NCBI GenBank assembly: GCA_963758495.1
Contig: CAVWVI010000001.1
Coordinates: 1-64,000, forward strand
Direction: 5' to 3'
Source: Oligoflexia bacterium
Lineage (GTDB): Bacteria; Bdellovibrionota; UBA1018
Length of the DNA: 64,000 bases
A model generated the notes under the pieces. It saw only the letters and a program-made list of their open reading frames with translations. It ran no database searches and was not told the origin of the DNA. A program made the translations under genes and the position numbers. Below, one piece after another: positions 1 through 8,858 of the stretch. Positions within the stretch are counted from its first letter, which is position 1, and the number at the start of each line of letters is the position of its first letter.

Positions 1-19
1 CCGAAAAAGTGGACACTTT

Positions 20-886
20 TTACGCAGCTAGAGATGCCTCGTATTGGACAGGCGTCATATATCCAATAGAAGAATGAATTCGTTTTCTGTTGTACCAGAC
101 TTCAATGTATTCAAAAACTGATTTCTTCGCCTCTACGTGAGTTTTGTAACACTCCCGATATACTAACTCTTTTTTTAGCGTAGCAAAAAAACTCTCAGCA
201 AAAGCATTGTCCCAGCAGTTTCCCTTTCTCGACATACTAGCCCGAATATTCAAAGTAGCAAGTTTGCTGCGATATTGATCGGATGCATACTGGGTCCCCC
301 GATCAGAGTGACTCAATAGCTGCCCTTTGATAAAACCTTGTCTCCCAAGAGCCATATCTAGGGCCGACTCTATCAAGTCAGTTCGCATATGATCGTCAAT
401 TGAAAATCCCACAATTTTTCTTGTATAGAGATCCAAATAGGTAGCGAGGTAAAGAAACCCCTGCTCTGTGGGTAAGTAACTAATGTCACTTGCCCATAGC
501 TGATTTGGAGCAGTGGGATGCGTGGACACTTCCTCTGTCTTGAATACTCGGTCTGCTATTGGATTATCATGGTTAGAATCAGTCGTACGAACTTTAAAAC
601 GACGCTTAATTAAACCAGAAATTCCAGCTTTTTTCATAAGATTTCCAATTCGGGTCTTGCCACAAGATAGTCCTAGATTTTTAAGATCCGCCTTAATACG
701 AGGCAGCCCGTAAGTTCCTCGACTTACCTTATGAATCTCTCTTATGTGTTTTATCAAAACGTCATTCGCTTTTTTCCGTTCGGACTCTGGGCGATCAAGC
801 CAAGCGTAGTAGCCAGATCGGCTGACTTCTAGAACCCTGCAACAAAGTCTAGCTGGCATTTTTTCGCGTACCATTGTTTCGACCAA
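20..886 (-). CDS. IS3-family transposase OrfB (rve integrase core)
   Basis: Motifs WASDISY, HSDRGTQY, SRKGNCWDNAFAESFF and YNRKRIHSSIGY. Confidence 0.95.
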   Translation of the reverse strand: MVETMVREKMPARLCCRVLEVSRSGYYAWLDRPESERKKANDVLIKHIREIHKVSRGTYGLPRIKADLKNLGLSCGKTRIGNLMKKAGISGLIKRRFKVRTTDSNHDNPIADRVFKTEEVSTHPTAPNQLWASDISYLPTEQGFLYLATYLDLYTRKIVGFSIDDHMRTDLIESALDMALGRQGFIKGQLLSHSDRGTQYASDQYRSKLATLNIRASMSRKGNCWDNAFAESFFATLKKELVYRECYKTHVEAKKSVFEYIEVWYNRKRIHSSIGYMTPVQYEASLAA

Positions 887-894
887 TTGGAATT

Positions 895-1179
895 TTACTT
901 CAGATGGTCCTGCGAAAAAAAAGCTGCAGCTCCTTTGAGAATATGAATCACCTTCTTTTGCTCAGCCGTCTCGCGTCTCAACCTCTGGAGCTCATCCAAC
1001 AGGGCTTCACCTTCACTAGAACTAGCTTTAGAACCCACAGGATTGAATTTCTTTTTCCACTGATGGAGAGCGACCGTTGAAATGCCTAACTGCTGTGCGG
1101 CTTTACTGACTGACCCAAGGGTCTCAACCAAGCCAATAGCCTGCTGTTTAAACTCAACTGTATACTTACGATTTTGCAC
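895..1179 (-). CDS. IS3-family transposase OrfA (HTH_Tnp_1)
   Basis: RKYTVEFKQQA N-terminus, HTH, coiled coil and ILKGAAAFF end. The -1 frame at a T8 run continues into OrfB. Confidence 0.93.
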   Translation of the reverse strand: MQNRKYTVEFKQQAIGLVETLGSVSKAAQQLGISTVALHQWKKKFNPVGSKASSSEGEALLDELQRLRRETAEQKKVIHILKGAAAFFSQDHLK

Positions 1180-1246
1180 TTAAACTACCTCAATCGACAC
1201 CTTGTTTATCATAAAGCTGCGTGTCCATCAAATCGGGGTAGGTTCA

Positions 1247-1827
1247 TCATTTGCTACAAGCATTTCGTTAATTTGGAGAAAAGTATCAAAGGATGACAAT
1301 ACTCGAAGTTTATTGAGTACAGTATTGTTAAATACACAAATTACGGACAATAACAGCATTGATAAACTGTCAGAGATTAATAAGGCCGAGGCATTATCGT
1401 TAGCTGCAATAATGAATTTCCCGTTTGGGCTGACTTCTATGTAAAAACAAGAATTACCGTCAATATTACCAAAGACACCCTCTTTTCTTTACCTTTGCCG
1501 AACCTGGCTTCATGCAATGTCCAAGCCGCTGGGTATTTGTATGGCTATCATATTATGGGAATTTCCAAGAGCATTCTGAATAGACTTTTTTCGGTAGAGT
1601 CGGTTAAATTGGCTGAATCCCATTTAGGCCGAAAAGTAGAGACGTGGCAGAAAACACTAGCTGTTATCGATGTATGCTTACAGGAGGCGTACAAAGTGGA
1701 TCGTTCGTTGATGTGGGAACTGTTGAATCACAGATTCCGAGGGTTTCTTCACAGTAATCCCGAGTACTTCAATGAAATGCAGGAACACATTCAAAGTGAC
1801 GGTCGAAAAAAGAAAACAGCAGCATAA
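1247..1827 (+). pseudogene. Remnant of an unknown gene, interrupted by the IS and frameshifted near 1385-1440
   Basis: An open frame runs from the IS boundary to 1444; a second frame is open 1384-1827. No family recognised. Confidence 0.4.
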
Positions 1828-1836
1828 GGAATACCT

Positions 1837-2711
1837 ATGACCACGCTTGGTAAAGACGCTTTCATATTTTCACTTGCTCTTGTCGAGCTAGAGTTTTTCC
1901 CGACTGTTGTCGAGTTAGAGTCAGGAAAAAAAAAGAAATTGTCTCATACAGACTTTGCTTTGCATGTGCGTTAATACCCTCGCACCGGAATGGTTGAGTA
2001 AGCTTACCTCCGACGAAACCATTGATAAAGATCGTTTACTTGAGGGTTCATTTCCTAAGGAATTTCTATCCTATAGACTGGGTAGACGTGTGGGGACTCA
2101 GCCTTCAAACGGGAACTTTCTCCGTTTTGAATTTTCAGATGAAATGAGACTTATGAAGTAATCGCTTTATTTTCTAGCACAAACGGACAAAAGAATAGAC
2201 TTCCCATTAAAATTCGATTTTCAAAAAAATTCATAAGTGAAATGATGCCATTTGAAATGTATAGAGAAATGGTTGCTAAAGTACTGTCAATACACATTAA
2301 TGAGACCTCGCCCCGAGAAATTAAATACGGCGAAAGATCAGACCTATGACACTCTTTTGAAACACGGTTTTCAAGATTGGGCCAAATTGACCTATAAGGA
2401 ACTGTTTGAAAAAGTGAAAACGACCTTTTAGCAGGAAATGCAAACAAGAGAGCGCTTAATTTTTTGGTAGGTTACAGTGATGATCATAAGAGTGTATGTA
2501 GGCTTGTAGAAGATGAAAAAGAAGAGTTGTGCGACTAAATAGATTATTGGTGCTGCACTCTCTTTCAAGAGTGGAAACAGAAATAAGTTCGAAGGCCTTG
2601 TCTAGTGCCGATGCGTATCTTGCATTACTTTTGGATAGCTTCAGTTTGGAAGATTCGACCGGTGAAAAAAAGACGACCGGACGAACCGAAGTCAGTAAAG
2701 GGGTTCAATAA
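1837..2711 (+). pseudogene. Frameshifted 5' region, probably the N-terminal (specificity) part of the McrB-like gene
   Basis: RBS AAGGA then ATG at 1837. Overlapping open segments in alternating frames (first shift probably at the A9 run 1926-1934) lead into the AAA domain. Confidence 0.5.
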
Positions 2712-3657
2712 ACTAGTTTTCGGTGCTCCTGGTACCGGGAAGAGTTTTGATCTCCAAAAGGACCATCCGCAGGCTCTTCGAACCGTGTTTCATTCGGAAT
2801 ATGCGAATGCTGATTTTGTGGGAATGTCTCGCCCTAGTGCGGAACCAAGAGCAGACGGAACATCTGCAATTGTTTACAAATTTGTTCCTGGTCCTTTTGC
2901 AAAAGCTGTTGTGGCAGCAATTGAGGAGCCTGGAAATCTTGCTGTGCTGGTAGTTGAAGAAATTAATAGAGGAAATGCTGCAGCAATTTTTGGTGAGATT
3001 TTGCAGCTTTTGGATCGCGATTCTGACGGAAAGAGCACCTATTCTATTTCCATAGACGACGCATTTCACGAATATCTTATAGCTGTCTTAGGTGATAAGG
3101 CGCCCTCTCGGAATAAATTTAGGATTCCTAAGAATTTAGCGATAATTGGAACAATGAATAGTGCAGATCAAAGCGTGAATCCTTTGGATTCTGCCTTTAA
3201 AAGAAGATGGAACTTTGATTACAAGCCATTAGACTTTGAAAAGTGCTCGCTTAAGAACGAAATGGTTCAATATGGTGGTAGATCGATAGAATGGAAGAAA
3301 CTGGCCTTGGCTCTAAATCAAGCTTTGCTTGATGCGGGGTTTCCGGAAGATCGATGTGTTGGACCTTACTTTTTACATGAAGGTGAACATGGAGACAAGG
3401 AGCGAGTCGCTAATAAACTCATTCATTATCTCTACGAAGATGTTCTCAGGTTTGAAGAAAATAAATCTTGTATTTTCAGAGTCAAAAATGCTGTTAAAGA
3501 TGTGGAGTTGTCTTTTCAAAGTATGAAGGCACTCTTTGTAGAAGGGCAAAAAATTTTCAGCGACAAGATAAATATAGAGCTTTTTGACTCTTCAGTTTCG
3601 GAGTTTCCAGTCAAAAACACCCAGAAAGCGAAGGATAGTGGTGAAAAGGCCGCTTGA
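2605..3657 (+). CDS. mcrB: McrB-family AAA+ NTPase (LlaJI R1-like); start uncertain
   Basis: Walker A GAPGTGKS, Walker B VVEEINRGN, McrB signature TMNSADQS and LDSAFKRRW. Confidence 0.9.
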   Translation: MPMRILHYFWIASVWKIRPVKKRRPDEPKSVKGFNKLVFGAPGTGKSFDLQKDHPQALRTVFHSEYANADFVGMSRPSAEPRADGTSAIVYKFVPGPFAKAVVAAIEEPGNLAVLVVEEINRGNAAAIFGEILQLLDRDSDGKSTYSISIDDAFHEYLIAVLGDKAPSRNKFRIPKNLAIIGTMNSADQSVNPLDSAFKRRWNFDYKPLDFEKCSLKNEMVQYGGRSIEWKKLALALNQALLDAGFPEDRCVGPYFLHEGEHGDKERVANKLIHYLYEDVLRFEENKSCIFRVKNAVKDVELSFQSMKALFVEGQKIFSDKINIELFDSSVSEFPVKNTQKAKDSGEKAA

Positions 3658-5017
3658 ACCTAACCCCATTGTGTTGGTTGATGGGAATCCCCTTCCTACG
3701 AATATTAAGTTCTTCAATGAGCTTTTGAATTTTTTGCGTTATAATGGCTTAGTTTCTGGTAGAAATAGTATTGAACGCGTTGACTTTTGTGGCCTTGTCC
3801 AAATACATGATCAGTTATTTCTTTTTCTTCCAAAAACTCTTGATCCCCATCTGTCACAACAAACTCTATCGCAGTTCAAGCTCCTTTTAAGAGTGCTTCG
3901 AAAGTATAGTCGCTCCGAATCAGAGGAGATAGCTGAGTCTAAAGGTGGGCTGATAGGTGAGCACGCGACTTTCGATTTGGCTTGGAACATCCTTGAAGAT
4001 TGGGGTCGATATGGCTTCTACAGACCAGAGCAGAAACAAATTTTATTATATAATCAAGGAAAAATAAATTGGTCACGGACTATCAGGTCAGTGGGACCAA
4101 TCTATTCGAATGAAGGCCCAATTTATACTGAGTTCTATAGAAATATGTCTGAACAACATCACGAGAATTTTATAAGGAAGCTGCACAGGTATGTTGTTAC
4201 ACGATGCTATAATCAGTTTGGGTGGCTTCAATCTGGGTCGATTCCAGAACTTTCAGATTCTGATGCCTTAGAGTTTAAATATAAGAAGCAGTTTGCAATA
4301 GCCCAACTTAAAATAGAGCGAGGTAAGACCAGTTCTGACAGGAATATGCGCCTATTTGATCTTATTGAAGTATTTATTCGAACTGAGGGAATGAAAAGTA
4401 ACGAGATTAAAGCGGCTTTTGGGTTGAACTCATTTTGGAGAGTGTGGGAGAAAATGTGTGCTGAAATTCTGGGTAACGACTTAAGGTCTATTGCCAGCAT
4501 TCTTCCTCAGCCGGAATATCGAACTCCTGATAAGCGCTTCACAAATACTGCGTTTGGAGCAATTGAAACGAGAACGACTCAGAGGCCAGATATTGTGTTA
4601 GTTTCTAGCGATATTGTTGCTGTGCTAGATGCAAAATACTACGATACAAATCATTCGATGCCATCGTGGCCTGATCTGGTTAAGCAGTTTCTATATGCGA
4701 ATACTTTGAAAACTGTTTTTAATGATAAAAAAATTTTGAATATTTTGATCTTTCCAGGAAAAAGAGAAGTAGTTCCGGAAGCACTGACGTCTGCGCCCTT
4801 TGCAGCACTTTATTCTGATGGAAAGATGCTAAATGTACTGGGTCATGTTTTTTGCCTTTGCTGCGATCTCGAAGATTTTATGAGAAAGTATGTGCATGGT
4901 ATCTCTGGATTTGAATTGAAAGAAAGGTTGCTTGAACTGGGTCGGTCGCATCAAACTGGGGATGATAAATTAAAGGAAACACATCCGGTTGAAATGCTGA
5001 AGACAAAGATTAGATGA
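3638..5017 (+). CDS. LlaJI-family / McrC-like PD-(D/E)XK restriction endonuclease subunit
   Basis: GKINWSRTI, QRPDIV...VLDAKYY...WPDLVKQFLY. Overlaps the end of mcrB. Confidence 0.88.
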   Translation: MVKRPLEPNPIVLVDGNPLPTNIKFFNELLNFLRYNGLVSGRNSIERVDFCGLVQIHDQLFLFLPKTLDPHLSQQTLSQFKLLLRVLRKYSRSESEEIAESKGGLIGEHATFDLAWNILEDWGRYGFYRPEQKQILLYNQGKINWSRTIRSVGPIYSNEGPIYTEFYRNMSEQHHENFIRKLHRYVVTRCYNQFGWLQSGSIPELSDSDALEFKYKKQFAIAQLKIERGKTSSDRNMRLFDLIEVFIRTEGMKSNEIKAAFGLNSFWRVWEKMCAEILGNDLRSIASILPQPEYRTPDKRFTNTAFGAIETRTTQRPDIVLVSSDIVAVLDAKYYDTNHSMPSWPDLVKQFLYANTLKTVFNDKKILNILIFPGKREVVPEALTSAPFAALYSDGKMLNVLGHVFCLCCDLEDFMRKYVHGISGFELKERLLELGRSHQTGDDKLKETHPVEMLKTKIR

Positions 5018-5292
5018 ATAGATCTTGGATTTTCTCTGGCTGAAGATCCCGAAATCAACCAATTCGCTCCAAGTTGTAAAAACAGAGAACTCTTGTCTGG
5101 ATGGGTAGGTCTTGTCTTTGGAAAAAAAGCCCCGGACGGAACACTGAACAAGGTTTACGAGTGCTAAGAGGAAATGATTCGTTGCAAAAAGCTTATGCCC
5201 CACATTTTGGGGAAGACCCAGATCACCGGAGAGATTCGAGGTGATTTTCTGTGATGTTCTTTCGAAGAGACTTAGCTAATCCAATGATTGAG

Positions 5293-5341
5293 GACGCACC
5301 TCCGCCCTCTTCCGCCCCTGACTTTTTTTCGGGAGCAGGAC
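5293..5341. repeat. Copy 1 of a ~49-bp imperfect direct repeat (copy 2 at 7141-7189)
   Basis: GACGCACCTCCGCCCTCTTCCGCCCCTGACTTTTTTTCGGGAGCAGGAC versus GACGCACCTCCACCTTCTTCCGCCCTCGAAAAAATTTCGGAAGCAGGAC. Confidence 0.8.
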
Positions 5342-5510
5342 CAATGAGACACGCCCATTTGTGGGATGTGTGGGGGATGACTTCGGTCCCAAAATCGTTA
5401 GCCAAAAGCTAGCCAAATTTTAGCCAATTCGGGTAACGTCGGGACATTTCGGGTAATGAAGAAGCAGTATGGACTCGTAAAACTACAGGGAAATGTTCTG
5501 AGTGATATTA

Positions 5511-5542
5511 AAAAAAAAGCACCGTTTCGTAAGAAACGGGGC
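5511..5542 (-). terminator. Intrinsic terminator downstream of the tRNA remnant
   Basis: Stem CCGTTTC-GTAA-GAAACGG preceded on the plus strand by an A-run (U-tract on minus). Confidence 0.6.
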
Positions 5543-5550
5543 GAAGTTTA

Positions 5551-5577
5551 TGGGGTGACTGTCGGGGATGGACCCCG
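5551..5577 (-). other. Degenerate tRNA 3'-end fragment (tRNA-His-like), putative att core
   Basis: Minus strand CGGGGTCCATCCCCGACAGTCACCCCA resembles a T-arm plus acceptor strand and CCA; the ...CACCCCA end is typical of tRNA-His. Confidence 0.6.
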
Positions 5578-5657
5578 TTTATTGGAATGTAACCGCGAGA
5601 AGTATTATTCTGGGATTCAATGTAGTGGCTTGTCCCAGAATGCTATGGATACATCAT

Positions 5658-6164
5658 ATGAAAATCACATTCGAACCATTTCAAGAAAAGCACTTTGACT
5701 TACTGGTGGAGTGGCTCAAGGCTCCTCATGTGAGGCAATTCTGGAGCGAACCCGACGACGAAATGGACTGAAAGGAAAAGATCCTTTCAAAAAGCTAAAC
5801 CAGAGGGGAATTAAGCCGCAAATGATTCTGCTTGATGAGAGGCCGGTTGGCTACATTCAGTCCTACCAGGCATCTCAAGTCGGTGGTGGCTGGTGGCCTG
5901 GAATTGACAGTTGTGTTTTTGGTATGGATCAGTTTATTGGAGATCCCTCTCTTGTTGGGAAAGGCTTGGGTCCAAAATATTGCCGAGTTTGTCAGGAAGC
6001 TTACGAACGACATTCGAGTCAAGGAAATCATTGCTGACCCGGATCCCTCGAATTTGAGAGCAATCAAGGCTTACGAGAAGGCGGGTTTTATTTCAGTTGG
6101 AGTTATTTCAACTCCGAACGGTCAGGCTATGTTGATGAAATTTTATTTGAAACGCTGGAAGTGA
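5658..6164 (+). pseudogene. GNAT acetyltransferase related to AAC(6')-Ib, two frameshifts
   Basis: Three frames join: WLKAPHVRQFW / GYIQSY..GGWW..GMDQFIG..GKGLG / DPDPSNLRAIKAYEKAGF..TPNGQA. Confidence 0.8.
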
Positions 6165-7038
6165 TGATGGCCGCGAACAAAGATCTAGAGTTTTTAGATG
6201 AACTGATTTGCTCCCTGAAAAACACAAAAGGAGTAGTGGGAATTGTTTTAGGAGGCTCACGCGCCAAGGGGACTCACCATCCCGGATCTGATTTTGATCT
6301 CGGACTATACTATGATTCTGAGACTCCCCCACATATTGGCGAACTCTGCCAGGTGGCAAGAAGGTACGACGATCGAAGGCAAGATGGTCTTCTCACTTCA
6401 TTTGGCGAATGGGGTCCATGGATAAACGGAGGAGGGTGGCTCAAAGTCAAATCCATGCAAATTGATCTCCTCTATCGAGACTTATCAACGGTCAGAACCG
6501 TGTTCCAAGAGTGTCTGAATGGCCAGGTTTCGATTGCCTATCAGCCGGGCCATCCGCATGGCTTCGCGAACTCTATTTACTTCGCAGAGATTGCTCATTG
6601 CCAGATACTCTGCGATGAATCGGGCATCATTTCCGAGCTGAAGGCCCAAACAATCTCGTATCCGATAGCGCTCAAGGAAGGCACCATTCAGAAATTCTTA
6701 TGGGAAGCAGAATTCTCGTTGGCGGGAGCAAAGAAAGGAATTCCTTATTCAGATGTCTCATATGTGGCCGGTTCCTGTTGGCCGTGTCGTGCCTGAACCA
6801 AGTTCTGTTTGCTTTGAATGAGTGTCATTGGATGAATGAAAAGGGAGCCGTGAAGTCTATTTCATGTTTCCCCCTCTCACCGCCCGGTTTTGAAAAAAGA
6901 GTGAACAGTGCATTTTCCAAATTATGGCCGGGTCGAAAGTACCTCAATCATGGGATTAAAATACTTACTGAACTGCTTCAGGAGACCACTGCGCTCGTAA
7001 AGGGCCTTCAGGGGAAGGATGTCCTTACTGAGACATAA
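6161..7038 (+). pseudogene. Pol-beta-like nucleotidyltransferase domain protein, frameshift near 6775
   Basis: LGGSRAKG...SDFDLGLYY motif; the C-terminus continues in ORF 6700-7038 (LNQVLFALNE..NEKGA). Confidence 0.8.
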
Positions 7039-7086
7039 GTAAAACTTCTCAAAGAGTTCTCCTCAGGAATTTTGGACAAAAAAATA

Positions 7087-7112
7087 CCCTGAATGGAAAA
7101 ATCCATTCAGGG
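7087..7112. terminator. Hairpin / terminator after the nucleotidyltransferase gene
   Basis: CCCTGAATGGA-AAAA-TCCATTCAGGG, perfect 11-bp stem. Confidence 0.6.
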
Positions 7113-7140
7113 CAATAATGAAACTTAGAGGGGACCACAA

Positions 7141-7189
7141 GACGCACCTCCACCTTCTTCCGCCCTCGAAAAAATTTCGGAAGCAGGAC
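7141..7189. repeat. Copy 2 of the ~49-bp imperfect direct repeat
   Basis: See 5293-5341. Followed by three TT(G/A)GGCCCA units at about 7243-7275. Confidence 0.8.
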
Positions 7190-7426
7190 ATCGCAAATAA
7201 AAAAATTTCGCCAAAGTTTCTCAAAAATTAAGTCAGGCCACGTTGGGCCCAAGTTAGGCCCAGAGTTGGGCCCAGATTGCGAAATGCGATGAAATGTTGT
7301 GGAATGGTTTGAAGCACGATGAAATGCGGTTTTTTTCAAGAATTTCCGGGCTTTGTCTTCACTTCAGCCGCGATCTGTTTGTTTTCAGTTGGTTACGATT
7401 TATTTGGTTTTTGGTGGGGTTTATAT

Positions 7427-7502
7427 TGGAGGTGACGTCCGGGCTCGAACCGGAACAAAACGGTTTTGCAAACCGTCCCCTTAACCATTTGGGTACGTCA
7501 CC
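7427..7502 (-). tRNA. tRNA-Cys(GCA)
   Basis: GGTGACG/CGTCACC acceptor stem, anticodon arm ACGGT-TTGCAAA-ACCGT, GGTTCGA T-loop, encoded CCA. Confidence 0.96.
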
Positions 7503-7607
7503 CCTATAAAACAGACTTTAGACTTTTACTTGCTAACAAGGGGGAGGCCGCTTTGTCAACGTAGGAATTCTATCAATTCAGTTTTCGCACCCAGCAGGGG
7601 GCGGAGG

Positions 7608-8282
7608 TCAAACTCCTCGCTGATATTTTCCCCAAATAATCTTGTGAAGCTGAAATTGTAGCCGGACATTTAAACGATCTTCTAAGATGCGCTCAGCCAA
7701 CCACGTAATATTCATGTCTGCCGAAGATCCTGGGGAGTCTTGAGCCGCTACAACTGGGGAGAAAAGAATTTCATGGGTGGGAATTCGGCCGCTTTCAACG
7801 ATCGCTTTAGCCCACGAGTAGTCTTCTTGGGTTCCAATGACAAACTTCACCTCATCGGTAGGCTTTAAGTGTTGAAGGTTAGATTCAAAATTTCCCCGTG
7901 CCATCCCGCTCGAGGGTGTTTTGATATCCATAATAATTCGGGCAGTTTTCGCTACAGGAGCGATGGAGACTTCTCCGTGAGTCTCGATACTTACTAGATA
8001 ATTTTCAGCTTGAAGCGCCTCCACTAAGGTGGGTGTCTGCCTCTGGATGAGAGGTTCTCCTCCCGTGATGAGGGCATGTTTGACTTGGAAGGGGCGAATG
8101 GACTCTACAACTTCGGATATCCTCATCCTCGTCCCACCTTTAAAGGCATAGGTTGAATCACAATAGGAACATCTTAAATTGCAGCCAGTGAGTCGAATAA
8201 AAGCAAAAGGGACCCCTATGAGGGAAGTTTCGCCCTGTAGGCTATGGAATATTTCAGTAACAAGTAAATCTTGGAATGCCAT
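7608..8282 (-). CDS. queE: 7-carboxy-7-deazaguanine synthase (radical SAM)
   Basis: EIFHSLQGE, CNLRCSYCD, ITGGEP, QLHKIIW. Confidence 0.92.
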   Translation of the reverse strand: MAFQDLLVTEIFHSLQGETSLIGVPFAFIRLTGCNLRCSYCDSTYAFKGGTRMRISEVVESIRPFQVKHALITGGEPLIQRQTPTLVEALQAENYLVSIETHGEVSIAPVAKTARIIMDIKTPSSGMARGNFESNLQHLKPTDEVKFVIGTQEDYSWAKAIVESGRIPTHEILFSPVVAAQDSPGSSADMNITWLAERILEDRLNVRLQFQLHKIIWGKYQRGV

Positions 8283-8424
8283 TGTGGACGTATCCTATCA
8301 TAAAAATGGCGAAGCCCCAGCCCCATTCATGTGGCTAGAGCCTCGTAAGATGAAGAGAAGATCCTTTTGAGGACCCACTTTGAATTTACTTCGTGGACCT
8401 GCTTGGTCCCTCGTTCGTGCCTTA

Positions 8425-8520
8425 CTTTGGCAACCCGGCTAACAAGAGCTGTCGGGGTATTCAGCTCGTAGTCCCGTGGCTTTGCGTCCCGGCCTTTCGA
8501 CCGGTTTGCCTTTTTCAAAG
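8425..8520 (-). promoter_or_regulatory. Cyclic di-GMP-I (GEMM) riboswitch aptamer
   Basis: Minus strand CTTTGAAAAAGGCAAACCGGTC-GAAA-GGCCGGGACGCAAAGCCACGGGACTA...TAGCCGGGTTGCCAAAG matches the GEMM-I consensus; P1 is CTTTG/CAAAG. Confidence 0.9.
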
Positions 8521-8858
8521 AGGGTTATAGTTAACCCAGCTCTTCCAACGGTCCCTCCTTGGTCCTAAGTTTAATAGTTATTAAATGATTCATGTTTTGA
8601 TTCTTTATATTTACTCCTGCGTTCATTCATTAAACTGCAACAAAATAAATACGTGAAACTATGACTTGGGGGTATGATTCAGTAGTATTGATCTATGTTT
8701 AAATGATAAAAAAGATCAACACACCCGCCCATTTCATTAAGAATAACGCATGGTGTTGTGAGTTGCAAGTCTAATTTATTATCTAGCTGTATTGACATAT
8801 GTTTTTTAAATATTACTGATTGTCTATCTGCATTGACTTTATTGATTGGGAGGTAGGA

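Larger units (their letters stand above)
1..1246 (-). mobile_element. IS3-family insertion sequence (one end cut by the window start)
   Basis: orfA and orfB (DDE integrase core) on the minus strand. Left IR reads TGAACCTACCCCGATTTGATGGACAC on the minus strand from 1246. The window starts with the matching CCGAAAAAGTGGACAC, so the other IR is missing about 10 nt. Confidence 0.93.

Noticed and set aside
7608..8282. queE next to a restriction island as a 7-deazaguanine (dpd) DNA modification system
   Set aside because: queE lies on the core side of tRNA-Cys, and no dpdA, queC, queD or folE is in the window.
8327..8518. 63-aa minus-strand ORF over the riboswitch
   Set aside because: Begins with TTG inside the aptamer P1 with no RBS; better explained by RNA structure.
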